The notes beneath the pieces are model-generated. The model ran no database searches, was not told the DNA's origin, and saw only the letters and a program-made list of their open reading frames with translations. Below are positions 10,186-19,877 of a DNA stretch of 64,000 bases, piece by piece (position 1 is the stretch's first letter; each line of letters starts with the position of its first letter). The stretch comes from a virus. Taxonomy: Duplodnaviria; Heunggongvirae; Uroviricota; Caudoviricetes. The stretch lies in the IMG/VR virus record IMGVR_UViG_3300021319_000003; one strand, given 5' to 3'. Position numbers and translations under genes: made by a program.

Positions 10186-10433
10186 TAAAATCATGGAAAA
10201 CGCGCGCCAGATTGGATATCTTGAAGCTCAAGAGAAAACATTGCTGCTTTGGAAAAATAGCTGTAAATGCTTTAGCAGTAGCCACAAGACGAATGATAGC
10301 ATACAATCGGCCTCCTCTCTATATCCATATGAAGACAAAACGCAGAAGAGCTTATATTGCCGCGCGGATATTGCTAACCGGTCACGCTCATGAGGTCTGG
10401 AGGAAATGCAATGAAAATTGTAAACGTGCCTAA
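10182..10433 (+). CDS. small basic hypothetical protein
   Basis: ATG overlaps the upstream stop. GGAGGG ribosome-binding site. Basic, low-complexity sequence, uncertain. Confidence 0.3.
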   Translation: MIKSWKTRARLDILKLKRKHCCFGKIAVNALAVATRRMIAYNRPPLYIHMKTKRRRAYIAARILLTGHAHEVWRKCNENCKRA

Positions 10434-10755
10434 CGATGTATCTTATAAAGAACTTATTGAGAAAGTTCAGACTGAACTCAATACAACGCGCCCTCATAGC
10501 AGGGCGCTGGTTCTCCTTGAGGGTATTCGCAACAAAATAGATATTTCCACAGAAACGCATACGATTATCTGTATGCCTATTACGCGGACATTGCCTATGG
10601 CTTTATGTGGCCAAAGGGCAGACATCATCGCGGTCGAAAGAGCAGAGAACATCACAATAGAAAGTTTACTGAAGTTGGGTGCTATTTTGTGCGACCATGT
10701 AGAAGATACCGGAGTATTGATTTGTCCTGAAATGATGGGAGCGTTGTTACAATGA
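10411..10755 (+). CDS. hypothetical protein
   Basis: Internal ATG with strong GGAGGA ribosome-binding site preferred over the track start at 10390. Confidence 0.5.
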   Translation: MKIVNVPNDVSYKELIEKVQTELNTTRPHSRALVLLEGIRNKIDISTETHTIICMPITRTLPMALCGQRADIIAVERAENITIESLLKLGAILCDHVEDTGVLICPEMMGALLQ

Positions 10756-11126
10756 CAGAATGGATGCCAGCTTACAAGCTTTTTTGGGACTCAGTTCGCA
10801 GAAAAAATCCTTATGACCCGCAAAGGCCCTTTAGGTGGTTAGACCCGCTCATCTGGAGAATAAATTCTGGAAAGCAAACAACGCTTATGATGCTTCAAGA
10901 GCGGGACAGAATGAACTTTGATGCTCAGCGATTATTAGATAATAAGACTTATCATAAGTCATATGAGTCTATTGAGGCGCATATGCTTATTTTTGGAGCA
11001 GAAAATAAAAATCTTCGGAAGCTGCAGCCGACATTATTTGTGCCGCGTAACTTTTGCGCAACAGACGTAAGGATTTCGCTGGAACGCAGAATTCTAACGG
11101 ATTTGGCTCTGCAGAATTGGTGGTGA
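10752..11126 (+). CDS. hypothetical protein
   Basis: 124-aa ORF overlapping the upstream stop. Confidence 0.5.
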   Translation: MTEWMPAYKLFWDSVRRKNPYDPQRPFRWLDPLIWRINSGKQTTLMMLQERDRMNFDAQRLLDNKTYHKSYESIEAHMLIFGAENKNLRKLQPTLFVPRNFCATDVRISLERRILTDLALQNWW

Positions 11127-11374
11127 TGACATTGATTGAATTTAACGATAAGAAATATCCAACGAGACTGCTGAATATTCCTGGTTTTGGAGCAATGCTT
11201 GTCAGTGTGGAAAGTTTAGAAAAATCTCTTCATAATGCGGAAGGCTTTTATGTATCCGATGAAGCGCGGCTTGTAGATGAAAAGATTTTCTTCTATGTGC
11301 CGGATGACATCATTGATGACGACGATGAAAGTTTGACCGAGTTTGTCGAGGAAATTGTAAATGAACCGGGTTAA
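11126..11374 (+). CDS. small acidic hypothetical protein
   Basis: ATG overlaps the upstream TGA (TGATG). Acidic C-terminus. Sits immediately upstream of the Panacea-domain gene. Confidence 0.45.
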   Translation: MTLIEFNDKKYPTRLLNIPGFGAMLVSVESLEKSLHNAEGFYVSDEARLVDEKIFFYVPDDIIDDDDESLTEFVEEIVNEPG

Positions 11375-11768
11375 GGCGAGTGATTTGGTCGGCACTATTG
11401 TTGCCGCCAGCGAAAAGTATCATACAGCTTTGACCCCGCTAAGGCTGCAGGCAATGCTTTTCTTTATCCAGAAAGAGTCGTTGTGGCGCCGGTTTGTGCC
11501 GGCGTTTGACGACGATATTTGTGCTTGGGACTTTGGGCCGATTGTGCCTGATGTGTACTATGAGTATAGTTGCTATGCCAGTACCCCGATAATCAACGTC
11601 AAAGAAAAAGAAATTGACGAGAAGCTGAAGGATATTGTAAACTGCGTGGTATGCAGATACAGCGGCATTGCGACATGGAGGCTCATAGATGCAATGATAA
11701 GAGATAAAGCATATGTTAGGGCCCGTGAACAAGGAAACAGTATTGTTAGACTGGAGGAGGCATTATGA
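11361..11768 (+). CDS. Panacea (DUF4065, SocA-like) domain protein
   Basis: LRLQAMLFFIQKESL...AWDFGPIVPDVYYEY matches the Panacea consensus (KLQKLLYfaqg...AWxYGPVvPxvY). Confidence 0.65.
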   Translation: MNRVKASDLVGTIVAASEKYHTALTPLRLQAMLFFIQKESLWRRFVPAFDDDICAWDFGPIVPDVYYEYSCYASTPIINVKEKEIDEKLKDIVNCVVCRYSGIATWRLIDAMIRDKAYVRAREQGNSIVRLEEAL

Positions 11769-12100
11769 CTTACGCAAAATGCATAACTATTAGCAAGGAA
11801 AAAGCAAAGTTTATCAATTATGCCTTAACCCATGAGCCGAGATGCAAGGAAGACATGGTTATTGGAGAGGACAGCACAATTGTAAATTACGTGAACTTCC
11901 CCAATGGCTATTCGATGGACATTAAATGCTGCGGCGTCAAGTTTGACTCGAGCACGAGCAATACGGCCTGGGCAGAAGCCGTACTGTTTGATGAGAACGG
12001 AGTTGAGGTTGCGTGCTCGGACGCCGAAGAACAGTATGTAGGCAAATGGGAGCTGAAAGATAACGGCACGACTTACATTGTAGATGTGATGGTTGCTTAA
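11765..12100 (+). CDS. hypothetical protein
   Basis: 111-aa ORF overlapping the stop of the Panacea-domain gene. Confidence 0.5.
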   Translation: MTYAKCITISKEKAKFINYALTHEPRCKEDMVIGEDSTIVNYVNFPNGYSMDIKCCGVKFDSSTSNTAWAEAVLFDENGVEVACSDAEEQYVGKWELKDNGTTYIVDVMVA

Positions 12101-12113
12101 GGAGGAGTAGTAA

Positions 12114-12287
12114 ATGCATAAAGACAAAATGCGAGTAAAGATAACGGGGTATGCTTACTTAGATATCCCAGAAGAGTTGAAAGGCAAAGACTTCGACGAA
12201 ATTGAAGAGGAGCTGCAGGACGATATCTCCGATATTGACTGCGGTGTATTGGAAGGCATCGATTCTGAATGTGAGGAGATTATATGA
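12114..12287 (+). CDS. small acidic hypothetical protein
   Basis: 57-aa ORF with GGAGGAG ribosome-binding site. Below the ORF-track size cutoff. Confidence 0.4.
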   Translation: MHKDKMRVKITGYAYLDIPEELKGKDFDEIEEELQDDISDIDCGVLEGIDSECEEII

Positions 12288-12487
12288 AAATCACAGACCT
12301 TGAAGGGCTTTATGTAGCCACGAGCGCAGACAACTTCAAAATCCTGGTGGCGTCAGACGACAGCTTCGACGCCAAGACCAAGGCCGAAAACTACTTTGGC
12401 GACGCGGGGATTGATTCCGAAAACGTCAAGGTGGAAGCATTTACGGACGTAAATACGCATTTCGATTGTGATTATGTAGTGTATTAA
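12284..12487 (+). CDS. hypothetical protein
   Basis: 67-aa ORF overlapping the upstream stop. Confidence 0.5.
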   Translation: MKITDLEGLYVATSADNFKILVASDDSFDAKTKAENYFGDAGIDSENVKVEAFTDVNTHFDCDYVVY

Positions 12488-12519
12488 GGAAGTGCCATAT
12501 AAACGGAAGGGAATAGGAT

Positions 12520-12738
12520 ATGAGAATTGGTAACATAATCATCAATCCGCGGCATATATGCTACGCAGAGATAATCGAGAACAACGATTGGCTCGGCATT
12601 CAGGATGGCTATCTCATCCAATGTAAACTGGCTGACGGCAGAAAAATCAAGATAAAGGATTCAGACGGCAGAGGCTTTTCTTGTTTTGAAGCCGACGATG
12701 CTCTGGATAAGATTAACGACGCGCTGGAGGAAGAATAG
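12520..12738 (+). CDS. hypothetical protein
   Basis: 72-aa ORF with GAAGGGAATAGGATATG ribosome-binding site. Confidence 0.5.
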   Translation: MRIGNIIINPRHICYAEIIENNDWLGIQDGYLIQCKLADGRKIKIKDSDGRGFSCFEADDALDKINDALEEE

Positions 12739-12739
12739 C

Positions 12740-13180
12740 ATGAAATATCTGTTCCTTGATGTTGACGGTGTGATGAATTCCGCTGCAGACCGGTTCTCTG
12801 TGAAGCTCATAAGCGATAAGCCATTTGAGCTCTTGAAGAAAATCATAGATGAAACCGGCGCAAAAATCATACTGTCATCATCATGGCGCGCTGGTTATGA
12901 GCATGGTACTTGCGACCGGCTCAAACAGCGTTTAGCTGAATACGGCATGGCCATAGAGGATGTAACGCCTATTAACAACAATAGACGCGGAGAACAAATC
13001 CGGGAATGGCTTATAACGCACGACTATGATGAGAATGTCGATACTTTTGCCATATTGGATGACGAGGACTTCGATATTCTGGCCCTCTATCCGGAACAAA
13101 TGGTCAAGACGGATGAAATGGTAGGATTAACGGATTATCAAGTCTGGAAGTGTATCGATAGGTTAAATCGAAAGAAATAA
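12740..13180 (+). CDS. HAD-superfamily hydrolase-like protein
   Basis: Start moved to the internal ATG with GGAGGAAGAATAGCATG ribosome-binding site. N-terminal LFLDVDGVMNS is a HAD motif I (DxDG). Confidence 0.5.
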   Translation: MKYLFLDVDGVMNSAADRFSVKLISDKPFELLKKIIDETGAKIILSSSWRAGYEHGTCDRLKQRLAEYGMAIEDVTPINNNRRGEQIREWLITHDYDENVDTFAILDDEDFDILALYPEQMVKTDEMVGLTDYQVWKCIDRLNRKK

Positions 13181-13204
13181 CAAAGGAGTTTTGGAGGAAG
13201 AATA

Positions 13205-13546
13205 ATGGCAATTAAACAGATTGCAGAACATATTTATGAAGCCGACGAAGATACGACACGAAAAGAGTTAAAGGAAGCCGGCTGGATTTCGTCCGTTAAA
13301 CTCTCCCGTATGGAAGATATGTGGGCTGTCGCGTTGCTGAAGCGGGATATCAACGGACTTGTAGCAGCAGGCTTGGAAATCCTCAGCTTTCATGGTGGCT
13401 GCAGTAAAAAGTATTACTATCGCGAAGAACAGGTGGTGCCGGCTCTTCGAGCGATGCAGAAATATCTGTGTAACAGAAACATTAACCATGTGTATGAATC
13501 GGGGATGGAACGGATAAGAGATTTTTGGAGGCAATACAATGGCTGA
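13205..13546 (+). CDS. hypothetical protein
   Basis: 113-aa ORF with GGAGGAAGAATAATG ribosome-binding site. Confidence 0.5.
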   Translation: MAIKQIAEHIYEADEDTTRKELKEAGWISSVKLSRMEDMWAVALLKRDINGLVAAGLEILSFHGGCSKKYYYREEQVVPALRAMQKYLCNRNINHVYESGMERIRDFWRQYNG

Positions 13547-14036
13547 AATATACAGAGATAAGCGCGGCTGGCTTTATACGATTGATAAAGCATTTGCAAT
13601 ATATACCGCACTTTACCGCAAGCCCGAACAGAATAATTGGTATGTAGCAAGGTCTATATTAACTAGCTCTAACTTCAAAGAAGTAGAAGTGGCACTTATG
13701 CTTAAGCTGGACCTTAGCAGCACTGGTATCGTGGGCTGGTATAATGGCGAAGGGAAGAAAAATCCCATTTTAACCGAGGTGGGACTATATAATGTCGACA
13801 AATACCTCGATGAGTTGTCCAGCCAGCAGGCCGAAATGGTGGCAAGTGGAGAAGATACCGCAGACGATACCGAAATTGCAACCGTAGCCGACATTTTAAG
13901 TGATATGGATGAAGATACCGTCCAGGATGTGGGCGATGGTTTGGAATACCTGAACAGCTGGCCCGTAACGGACAACTACGAAGCAGACTATTCGCTTCGT
14001 CTGGAGTACGGAAAAGACTTTGTATGGTTAAGCTGA
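13539..14036 (+). CDS. hypothetical acidic protein
   Basis: 165-aa ORF overlapping the upstream gene. Confidence 0.5.
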   Translation: MAEIYRDKRGWLYTIDKAFAIYTALYRKPEQNNWYVARSILTSSNFKEVEVALMLKLDLSSTGIVGWYNGEGKKNPILTEVGLYNVDKYLDELSSQQAEMVASGEDTADDTEIATVADILSDMDEDTVQDVGDGLEYLNSWPVTDNYEADYSLRLEYGKDFVWLS

Positions 14037-14082
14037 TATAATATACTGTAAGAGTATATATTGCAGCAAGGAGAAGATTTTT

Positions 14083-14628
14083 ATGGGAAATTACAGTTAT
14101 ATCTGCAAATGTGGCACCCCTATTTGTACAGGAGAAAAAGTCCATCTGATACATGTACGGCATGGTAAAGTGCTGGGGCATGCAGAGGGTAAATTTGATG
14201 GCTATGGTTCGGTCTTTGAAAACGAAGGTTTCAATAACGCCTCCTTTGACAAATGGGATGGCGTTGATAAAGCTGACCCGAATTGCCACGAGGAAGTCAT
14301 AAGCTCTTGTTTTGATTTTGATGACTCGGAGCGTAGAGTTTATGAACGGCGTAAGATTTATCATGGCAAACCGGTTGATATTTACGAATACTGTGAGTTA
14401 AGGAACATTGCCACGAAATGGCCGGAAGCAAACATCGTAGATTTCAACGAAGCTTGCCAGGACTATAAGCAGCTGGAAGATGCGCCTAAAGTCGCTCCTA
14501 AAAGTGGTGTAGTAGCTTACCATAAGGTGTGTTACGACGAAGCCGTGAAGAATAACGGTGTGGATTTAACGCCTTCTGAAAGCGACCCGAACCAGGGCTC
14601 CGGAAGGCCGCAGGAAAAGTTCATGTAG
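14083..14628 (+). CDS. hypothetical Cys/His-rich protein
   Basis: 181-aa ORF with AAGGAGAAG ribosome-binding site. N-terminal CKCGTPIC motif. Confidence 0.5.
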   Translation: MGNYSYICKCGTPICTGEKVHLIHVRHGKVLGHAEGKFDGYGSVFENEGFNNASFDKWDGVDKADPNCHEEVISSCFDFDDSERRVYERRKIYHGKPVDIYEYCELRNIATKWPEANIVDFNEACQDYKQLEDAPKVAPKSGVVAYHKVCYDEAVKNNGVDLTPSESDPNQGSGRPQEKFM

Positions 14629-14688
14629 GAAACCCGCAGGCTTGCCTGCGGGGCTGTCTGGCGACATAAAAGATTGGAGCAAAAAAGA

Positions 14689-14889
14689 ATGAGTAAAATG
14701 ATTGAGATGAGGGCAAATGAGGACAATTTTATCACGGTTGCAGAATTGATGTCTGCGCTCCAAAAAATCAAGGACAAAAATGCCAAAATCGTTCTCTTCG
14801 ATAACGAGTATAGCGGGCGAGCTTTGCAGGAAGATGACCTTTACTATGACGAGGCATCTAACAGCGTATATCTCGGCTGCGACATTTAA
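14689..14889 (+). CDS. hypothetical protein
   Basis: Internal ATG (MSKMIEM) with GGAGCAAAAAAGAATG ribosome-binding site. Confidence 0.45.
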   Translation: MSKMIEMRANEDNFITVAELMSALQKIKDKNAKIVLFDNEYSGRALQEDDLYYDEASNSVYLGCDI

Positions 14890-14904
14890 CGGGAGTTGGT
14901 GAAT

Positions 14905-15159
14905 ATGAGTAAAAATAAATTTGTTTGGCTTGGCTACAATACCTACGTGCCCTATACGGATGTTTTACTGTTGACGGATTACAGCGAGCCGCAGACAAAA
15001 AAGATAGTCAAGAAAGCCAAAGAGGAGAATATGCTGTTTGACTACTCTCGCGGGAACGGCAAAGCAACTGTCTGTATGCTTAAGGACAACACGGTTATCG
15101 TAACCGGAACCAATCTGCAAGAAGTGCTGCGTTCGTTTGAGGAGCCGGAACAGGCTTAA
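14905..15159 (+). CDS. hypothetical protein
   Basis: MSKNKFVWLG start with GGGAGTTGGTGAATATG ribosome-binding site. Confidence 0.5.
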   Translation: MSKNKFVWLGYNTYVPYTDVLLLTDYSEPQTKKIVKKAKEENMLFDYSRGNGKATVCMLKDNTVIVTGTNLQEVLRSFEEPEQA

Positions 15160-15175
15160 AAGGAGGTGTTCCGTA

Positions 15176-15550
15176 ATGACACCACAAGAACAGTTACTCG
15201 ACAGAACGCAAATAGATGTTCAAGCTCTGAACAACGACGATATCTTCTATCTGCTGGATGCCACGGTGGCCGAAATCCTCAAGCGATATGGCAAAGAGGA
15301 AACTGCCAGAGCACTAAAAATGCGAACCGTTGGGATGAATCATCTTACGTCTACAAAGGAGATGAATCTTTCAGCAAGAGCATTCAATGTGCTATGGCAC
15401 AGTGGAATATATACGCTTGAACAGCTACTTGTAACAAGAGCTGTGGATGTATATACAACCAGAAATTGCGGCAAGAAAACTTTTCGGGAAATTGTTGATG
15501 CCGTAAGGCGCTACGGAAACGAAGAGTGGGGTAAGTATTTAGTGAAGTGA
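15176..15550 (+). CDS. helix-hairpin-helix protein (RpoA C-terminal domain-like)
   Basis: LSARAFNVLWHSGIYTLEQLL...NCGKKTFREIV resembles the RNA polymerase alpha-subunit C-terminal HhH motif. AAGGAGGTG ribosome-binding site. Confidence 0.5.
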   Translation: MTPQEQLLDRTQIDVQALNNDDIFYLLDATVAEILKRYGKEETARALKMRTVGMNHLTSTKEMNLSARAFNVLWHSGIYTLEQLLVTRAVDVYTTRNCGKKTFREIVDAVRRYGNEEWGKYLVK

Positions 15551-15565
15551 GGTGGTGAAGATATA

Positions 15566-15778
15566 ATGCTTAAGTATAATGTTCGCGCTTATCCGATGAC
15601 CTTTACCAATGACTTTCCCATTGTAAAAAGGGAAATCGTCGCAAAGAAGATATCGCCGGATAAAATCATCAAGGATTTCTACGGACGAAAGGTAACTCAT
15701 GCCAGTAAAACATCTGATGGTTATATCGTTACAAGTGGTTACGTTGATTTCAGAATTGAAGTGGCCAAGGTGAAATGA
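15566..15778 (+). CDS. hypothetical protein
   Basis: 70-aa ORF with GAGGTGGTGAAGATATAATG ribosome-binding site. Confidence 0.5.
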   Translation: MLKYNVRAYPMTFTNDFPIVKREIVAKKISPDKIIKDFYGRKVTHASKTSDGYIVTSGYVDFRIEVAKVK

Positions 15779-15921
15779 GGCGTATTAAAGTCAAAAACAG
15801 AACAACGCAAAAGACCGCCCGAAGGCGGCCAACTGCGTGTTAGGTAACAAAAAAAGAAAATGTTTCAATCCGCTCTCGGCCTGAAGACCGGGAGACAAGC
15901 CGCCTATTCGGCGGTACACTG

Positions 15922-15950
15922 AAGCCATCGCGGCTTATATATTTATATTA
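15922..15950 (+). terminator. putative intrinsic terminator
   Basis: AAGCC-ATCGC-GGCTT hairpin followed by an AT/U-rich tract. Sits in the 260-nt intergenic region after gene 15566-15778, which also holds two CCGCC...GGCGG hairpins. Confidence 0.4.
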
Positions 15951-16039
15951 TCAGAAAATTTTCGATTTGCCTAGCAGGAATTTCAGTAACTCAAATCGAA
16001 TATAAGTAGATTGAGTAAAAGGAATAACAGGAGGCTAAA

Positions 16040-16336
16040 ATGAAAAAAGAACGGATATTGGGAATCATCGGAGATAAACATGGAGAAGAATACCGTCGGT
16101 TATTTGTGTATAAAAATGTACACGGATATGACGGAGATGTTGAGATTGTCAGCGAAAAAAGTCGCTATTACGGCGACCTTGTAGGTTGTTTTGTCGTAAA
16201 ATACGAAGAACCTAGTATCTTTCCTATGTCCATAGAAGAGGTCCATGGCGAAGAATTTAGTCAGGCTTGGAATATTCTTGAAGAGAATGGGCATATTGAA
16301 CGAAATGACCATGGTGTTCCATTCTGGAAAGACTGA
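16040..16336 (+). CDS. hypothetical protein
   Basis: 98-aa ORF with ACAGGAGG ribosome-binding site. Confidence 0.55.
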   Translation: MKKERILGIIGDKHGEEYRRLFVYKNVHGYDGDVEIVSEKSRYYGDLVGCFVVKYEEPSIFPMSIEEVHGEEFSQAWNILEENGHIERNDHGVPFWKD

Positions 16337-16414
16337 AAGAAGAATAACTCCTTATGCCCCACATTGGTGGGGATGAGCCGCAATTGAGGCGACAGATAAA
16401 AAGGAGTGATTGCT

Positions 16415-16636
16415 ATGAAAAAAGCATGCAATGTAGTCTGGAATGGAAGCCGTTGGATGGATTCCGAAGGTATTCTGGATAGCTATGAACAGGACGGAAA
16501 ATACATCTGGACAGATGGCCATGGTGTTTTTGAAACATCTGAGCTAATCAATCTGGATGAAGTATTCTGGAGTGAGGAAGGAGGCTTTGTATATAAAGGG
16601 AGCCCCTTAGATACTTACATCATAAGCGAAGTGTAA
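16415..16636 (+). CDS. hypothetical protein
   Basis: AAAGGAG ribosome-binding site 9 nt before the ATG. Confidence 0.5.
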   Translation: MKKACNVVWNGSRWMDSEGILDSYEQDGKYIWTDGHGVFETSELINLDEVFWSEEGGFVYKGSPLDTYIISEV

Positions 16637-16731
16637 AAAAGTGTTTCCTCTCTTTGTTTACCACCGAATAGGTGGCTTGCGTCATTTGGCGCATAATTTT
16701 CATTTTCTATTTTTAAAGGGAGGAATAGACT

Positions 16732-17319
16732 ATGGCTATCATGGTTAAAAGGGTTGTTGACTGGGAGGAGCACTGGGATGACTTCAATGAGGAATCTTAC
16801 CTTCTGTCCGGAACGGTCGAACTGACAAACGGGAAAAGACTGAACGCGAATCTGTTTTGTGAATCTGACGACGGCATTGATATGCACAGGGGTTACGGCA
16901 GTGACAACGAGCAGGTCTGGGATGGCGACAGAGAGATAGGTGACCTGGGCGAATTCTTTGATATTGATGACGAAGCCGGTTGCAAGCTTTGGAAAGATAT
17001 CTTTGATGCGCTCTGGCACGAATACGAAAAAAGTCTGGAGCATAAAGACTACTCCGCGTATAGCGATAAGATTTTTCAGTTTGACGATTTGCTGGAAAGG
17101 ACCAATGGCTACATTGCTTCCCGTTGCTATTACCTCACCACAAAAAACGACAAATGTTTTTGTGTGAAGAAGTACTGGGAAAGTGATAGGTTCGAGTTTG
17201 CAGAAATCACCAAAGAACAGTATGACGCTATCGATAACTCTTGGAATCCCAGCAACGATGCTGTATTCCACCTCATAGAAGATATGGGGTTAGAATTCAA
17301 AAAGTGCCGTGTCAACTAA
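16732..17319 (+). CDS. hypothetical acidic protein
   Basis: 195-aa ORF with AAAGGGAGG ribosome-binding site. Confidence 0.55.
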   Translation: MAIMVKRVVDWEEHWDDFNEESYLLSGTVELTNGKRLNANLFCESDDGIDMHRGYGSDNEQVWDGDREIGDLGEFFDIDDEAGCKLWKDIFDALWHEYEKSLEHKDYSAYSDKIFQFDDLLERTNGYIASRCYYLTTKNDKCFCVKKYWESDRFEFAEITKEQYDAIDNSWNPSNDAVFHLIEDMGLEFKKCRVN

Positions 17320-17353
17320 AACGCGGCGAACAGAAAAACGAGGAGGATAAACT

Positions 17354-17857
17354 TTGAATATCAGAATCGCCGGCATTCAGGATGATTCTGTAGTTGATGG
17401 AGAGGGCATCCGCATGACCGTATTCGGTCAGGGGTGCCCTCATCACTGTCACGGATGCCACAATCCTGCTACTTGGAATAGTGAAGGTGGCTATACGACA
17501 ACTACCGAGGAAATTCTGGAGCAATATAAAAATAATCCGCTTCTGGACGGCATGACGTTCAGCGGCGGCGAACCATTCATGCAGCCGATGATGTTTTTTG
17601 AACTGGCTAAAGAAGTACACAGAATGGGCGGAGACATCTGGTGCTATACCGGCTACACATTAGAAGAGCTTCTTGGGTACACTTATGGCCCGCACAGGAT
17701 GTTGTTAGAGCATGTAGATGTGCTGGTAGATGGTGAGTATAAAGAAGAATTAAGGAATCTTACTCTCCAGTTCCGTGGCAGCAGTAATCAGCGTATCTGG
17801 GAACGTCATGGTGATATGTGGCTGCCCTGGAATCGGGATAAAGAAGGCGTAGCGTAA
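17354..17857 (+). CDS. nrdG: anaerobic ribonucleoside-triphosphate reductase activating protein (radical SAM)
   Basis: Cys cluster CPHHCHGCHN, glycine-rich SAM motif GGEPF, about 167 aa. TTG start with AGGAGG ribosome-binding site. Confidence 0.8.
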   Translation: MNIRIAGIQDDSVVDGEGIRMTVFGQGCPHHCHGCHNPATWNSEGGYTTTTEEILEQYKNNPLLDGMTFSGGEPFMQPMMFFELAKEVHRMGGDIWCYTGYTLEELLGYTYGPHRMLLEHVDVLVDGEYKEELRNLTLQFRGSSNQRIWERHGDMWLPWNRDKEGVA

Positions 17858-17874
17858 AAAAGGAGGGACTTCTC

Positions 17875-18336
17875 ATGTTAACCACAGAAGAAATGAAGAA
17901 AATTGCCTTAAAGAATCTCTGTACACTCAATGCATACCCGGAAGTGATTAAGAGATTCAAGGAAGACGAGAATGACGTATGGTGTTCAGAAAGGTGTGCT
18001 CTCGGTGCAGCAAAGGTAGGCATCCTCTACGACACCACGCAGAGCAACTATACCTATAAAAAAGAAGTCGATGCGGCACTGGCTTATGTTCGCAAGCAGG
18101 GAGATTTGCCATATCACGTCATTCAGACAAACATGGAGTTTGGCAATACGTTTGCTGTGCTTTATGTGTCTCACGACGAAGAAGAGGACAGTGTGATTGG
18201 TAAAGACGCATTTATCGGCAGCCGTTCTGGCTATAGAGTGTATGCTTACGTCTACAACGCAGATGAGGAAGATTTCTCCGAATATGGCGGCATTGCTATT
18301 AAAGAATCGGGCGGCGGGCTTATTCGCACGGCGTAA
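17875..18336 (+). CDS. hypothetical protein
   Basis: 153-aa ORF with AAAGGAGGG ribosome-binding site. Confidence 0.5.
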   Translation: MLTTEEMKKIALKNLCTLNAYPEVIKRFKEDENDVWCSERCALGAAKVGILYDTTQSNYTYKKEVDAALAYVRKQGDLPYHVIQTNMEFGNTFAVLYVSHDEEEDSVIGKDAFIGSRSGYRVYAYVYNADEEDFSEYGGIAIKESGGGLIRTA

Positions 18337-18508
18337 TGGAGACACTTCCTATGAATAAAGGCGGATTCTCCTGGAAGACCCTTTTGGGTATCACGAATAT
18401 GAAACGCCAGTTTGCCAGAAAGACCGGTATTCCGACATCAAAAACAGGTTTGGAAGCGAAAGTCGGAAGGCTTGTCTTACAGACAATTTTTGGCGGCAAG
18501 AAAAAATC

Positions 18509-18536
18509 TTGACAAATTGCGAGTAAGTGCTATACT
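18509..18536 (+). promoter_or_regulatory. sigma70-like promoter (TTGACA, 16 nt spacer, TATACT)
   Basis: Consensus -35 and near-consensus -10 upstream of gene 18607. Followed by a GAGGGGCGAATCACCCCTTA hairpin. Confidence 0.55.
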
Positions 18537-18606
18537 GAAAATTGTAAGTAAGAGGGGCGAATCACCCCTTAATACCATAAAATGAATATATTGGAGGAAA
18601 AAATCG

Positions 18607-19413
18607 ATGAAAACCATTTTTGAGGTTAATGACGTAGTTCTGCATCTTCCCGATTCCTTTGTAGGTATGATTAATGCCTGCGACTATGCCGAGAACAAAT
18701 ACAACATTATCGGCAAAGACGGAGAAATCGTGGAAGGCGTCAAAGCAGAAGACATTGTTCTTTGTGCTTCAGGGGCAATGCTGGATAAGATTGTAAACGA
18801 CGCCTGCAAGTTTGACCAGCTGCTGTATTGGGGCAACGGCTTGTGCGGTGCAACGCTGAGTGAACTTGAGGAAAAAGGCTACAAAGCTACAGCAGATGAA
18901 TTCACGGTCCTTTCCAAGAAGGCCTGGAACACCTGTATGAGCGCCGGAATCAAGATTGGCAAAGGTTTCTTTGTCAGGTTCCCGGAAGAAAAAGGTGAGG
19001 ACCCGATTAATGGTCCGTATGTCCTTGATGAAAAAGGTGACTACACTAACCCAATTTCAGGAAAAGGTGGGGACATTACCGATTTGGTTCGCGCGATTAA
19101 CCGAGGAGTGGTTATCTTGGATGCCGCAGAAGAACTTAAGAAAATCGGCTTTGTTCCGGAAAACAGCCAGGCGCAGGTACAGGCAAATGTTGTAAATACG
19201 GACAAAAAGCGTAAGGTAAGCCATCATTCCAGCCAGCCGTCTGCTGCACGCGGAAAAGCTACGGAAATCTTTGCGGATTACAGCTCCAAGCAGTATTCTG
19301 TCAAACAGCTTGCTGATAAATACAACGCTTCCATGTCCACCATTTTTCGCATTTTGCGACAGGAGCGCAACAACCTCCGCAAACGCATGCAGAGTGCCAT
19401 CGATGCCGCGTAA
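18607..19413 (+). CDS. hypothetical protein with C-terminal helix-turn-helix
   Basis: 268 aa. C-terminal YSVKQLADKYNASMSTIFRILRQ looks like an HTH. TTGGAGGAAAAAATCGATG ribosome-binding site. Confidence 0.55.
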   Translation: MKTIFEVNDVVLHLPDSFVGMINACDYAENKYNIIGKDGEIVEGVKAEDIVLCASGAMLDKIVNDACKFDQLLYWGNGLCGATLSELEEKGYKATADEFTVLSKKAWNTCMSAGIKIGKGFFVRFPEEKGEDPINGPYVLDEKGDYTNPISGKGGDITDLVRAINRGVVILDAAEELKKIGFVPENSQAQVQANVVNTDKKRKVSHHSSQPSAARGKATEIFADYSSKQYSVKQLADKYNASMSTIFRILRQERNNLRKRMQSAIDAA

Positions 19414-19454
19414 TCCTTTTCTCTTCATTCCCTTTTCGCCCGCTCCGCGGGCAG

Positions 19455-19841
19455 TTGTCTTGTTTTCTTTGTCTTCTTTTTACGGAGGATATTTTGCGAT
19501 ACTACAATGAAACTCTCATCGCCCGTAGTCGCGACGTTGCAATTAACCGCGTGTGTCGGTTAACGACTCAGCACTTGCAGGCGGGGGACTGCTATAACTT
19601 TTATGGTTTTGGAGCGACTGGCCGCGTGACATTAAAAGTCAATATGCACCCAGGATACGATAAAGCCACAGGAGAAAATGGTTATGTGAATATGTCGGCA
19701 ACGCACGAAGACCTTTTTACGGAAAAGACGTATAAGGTTTATGAAAAAGAGCATGTCGGCATAGCGGACGGAAGTTACTTAAAAGAGCTGAGATACATCT
19801 GGGAAGAGTATTCCAAACCCACCCTTAAAGAAAAAACGTAA
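19455..19841 (+). CDS. hypothetical protein (start uncertain)
   Basis: Open frame with no convincing ATG start (TTG candidates). Low confidence. Confidence 0.35.
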   Translation: MSCFLCLLFTEDILRYYNETLIARSRDVAINRVCRLTTQHLQAGDCYNFYGFGATGRVTLKVNMHPGYDKATGENGYVNMSATHEDLFTEKTYKVYEKEHVGIADGSYLKELRYIWEEYSKPTLKEKT

Positions 19842-19877
19842 TTAAGAAAAATTTTTACTTTTTCTTACGATTTTTTC

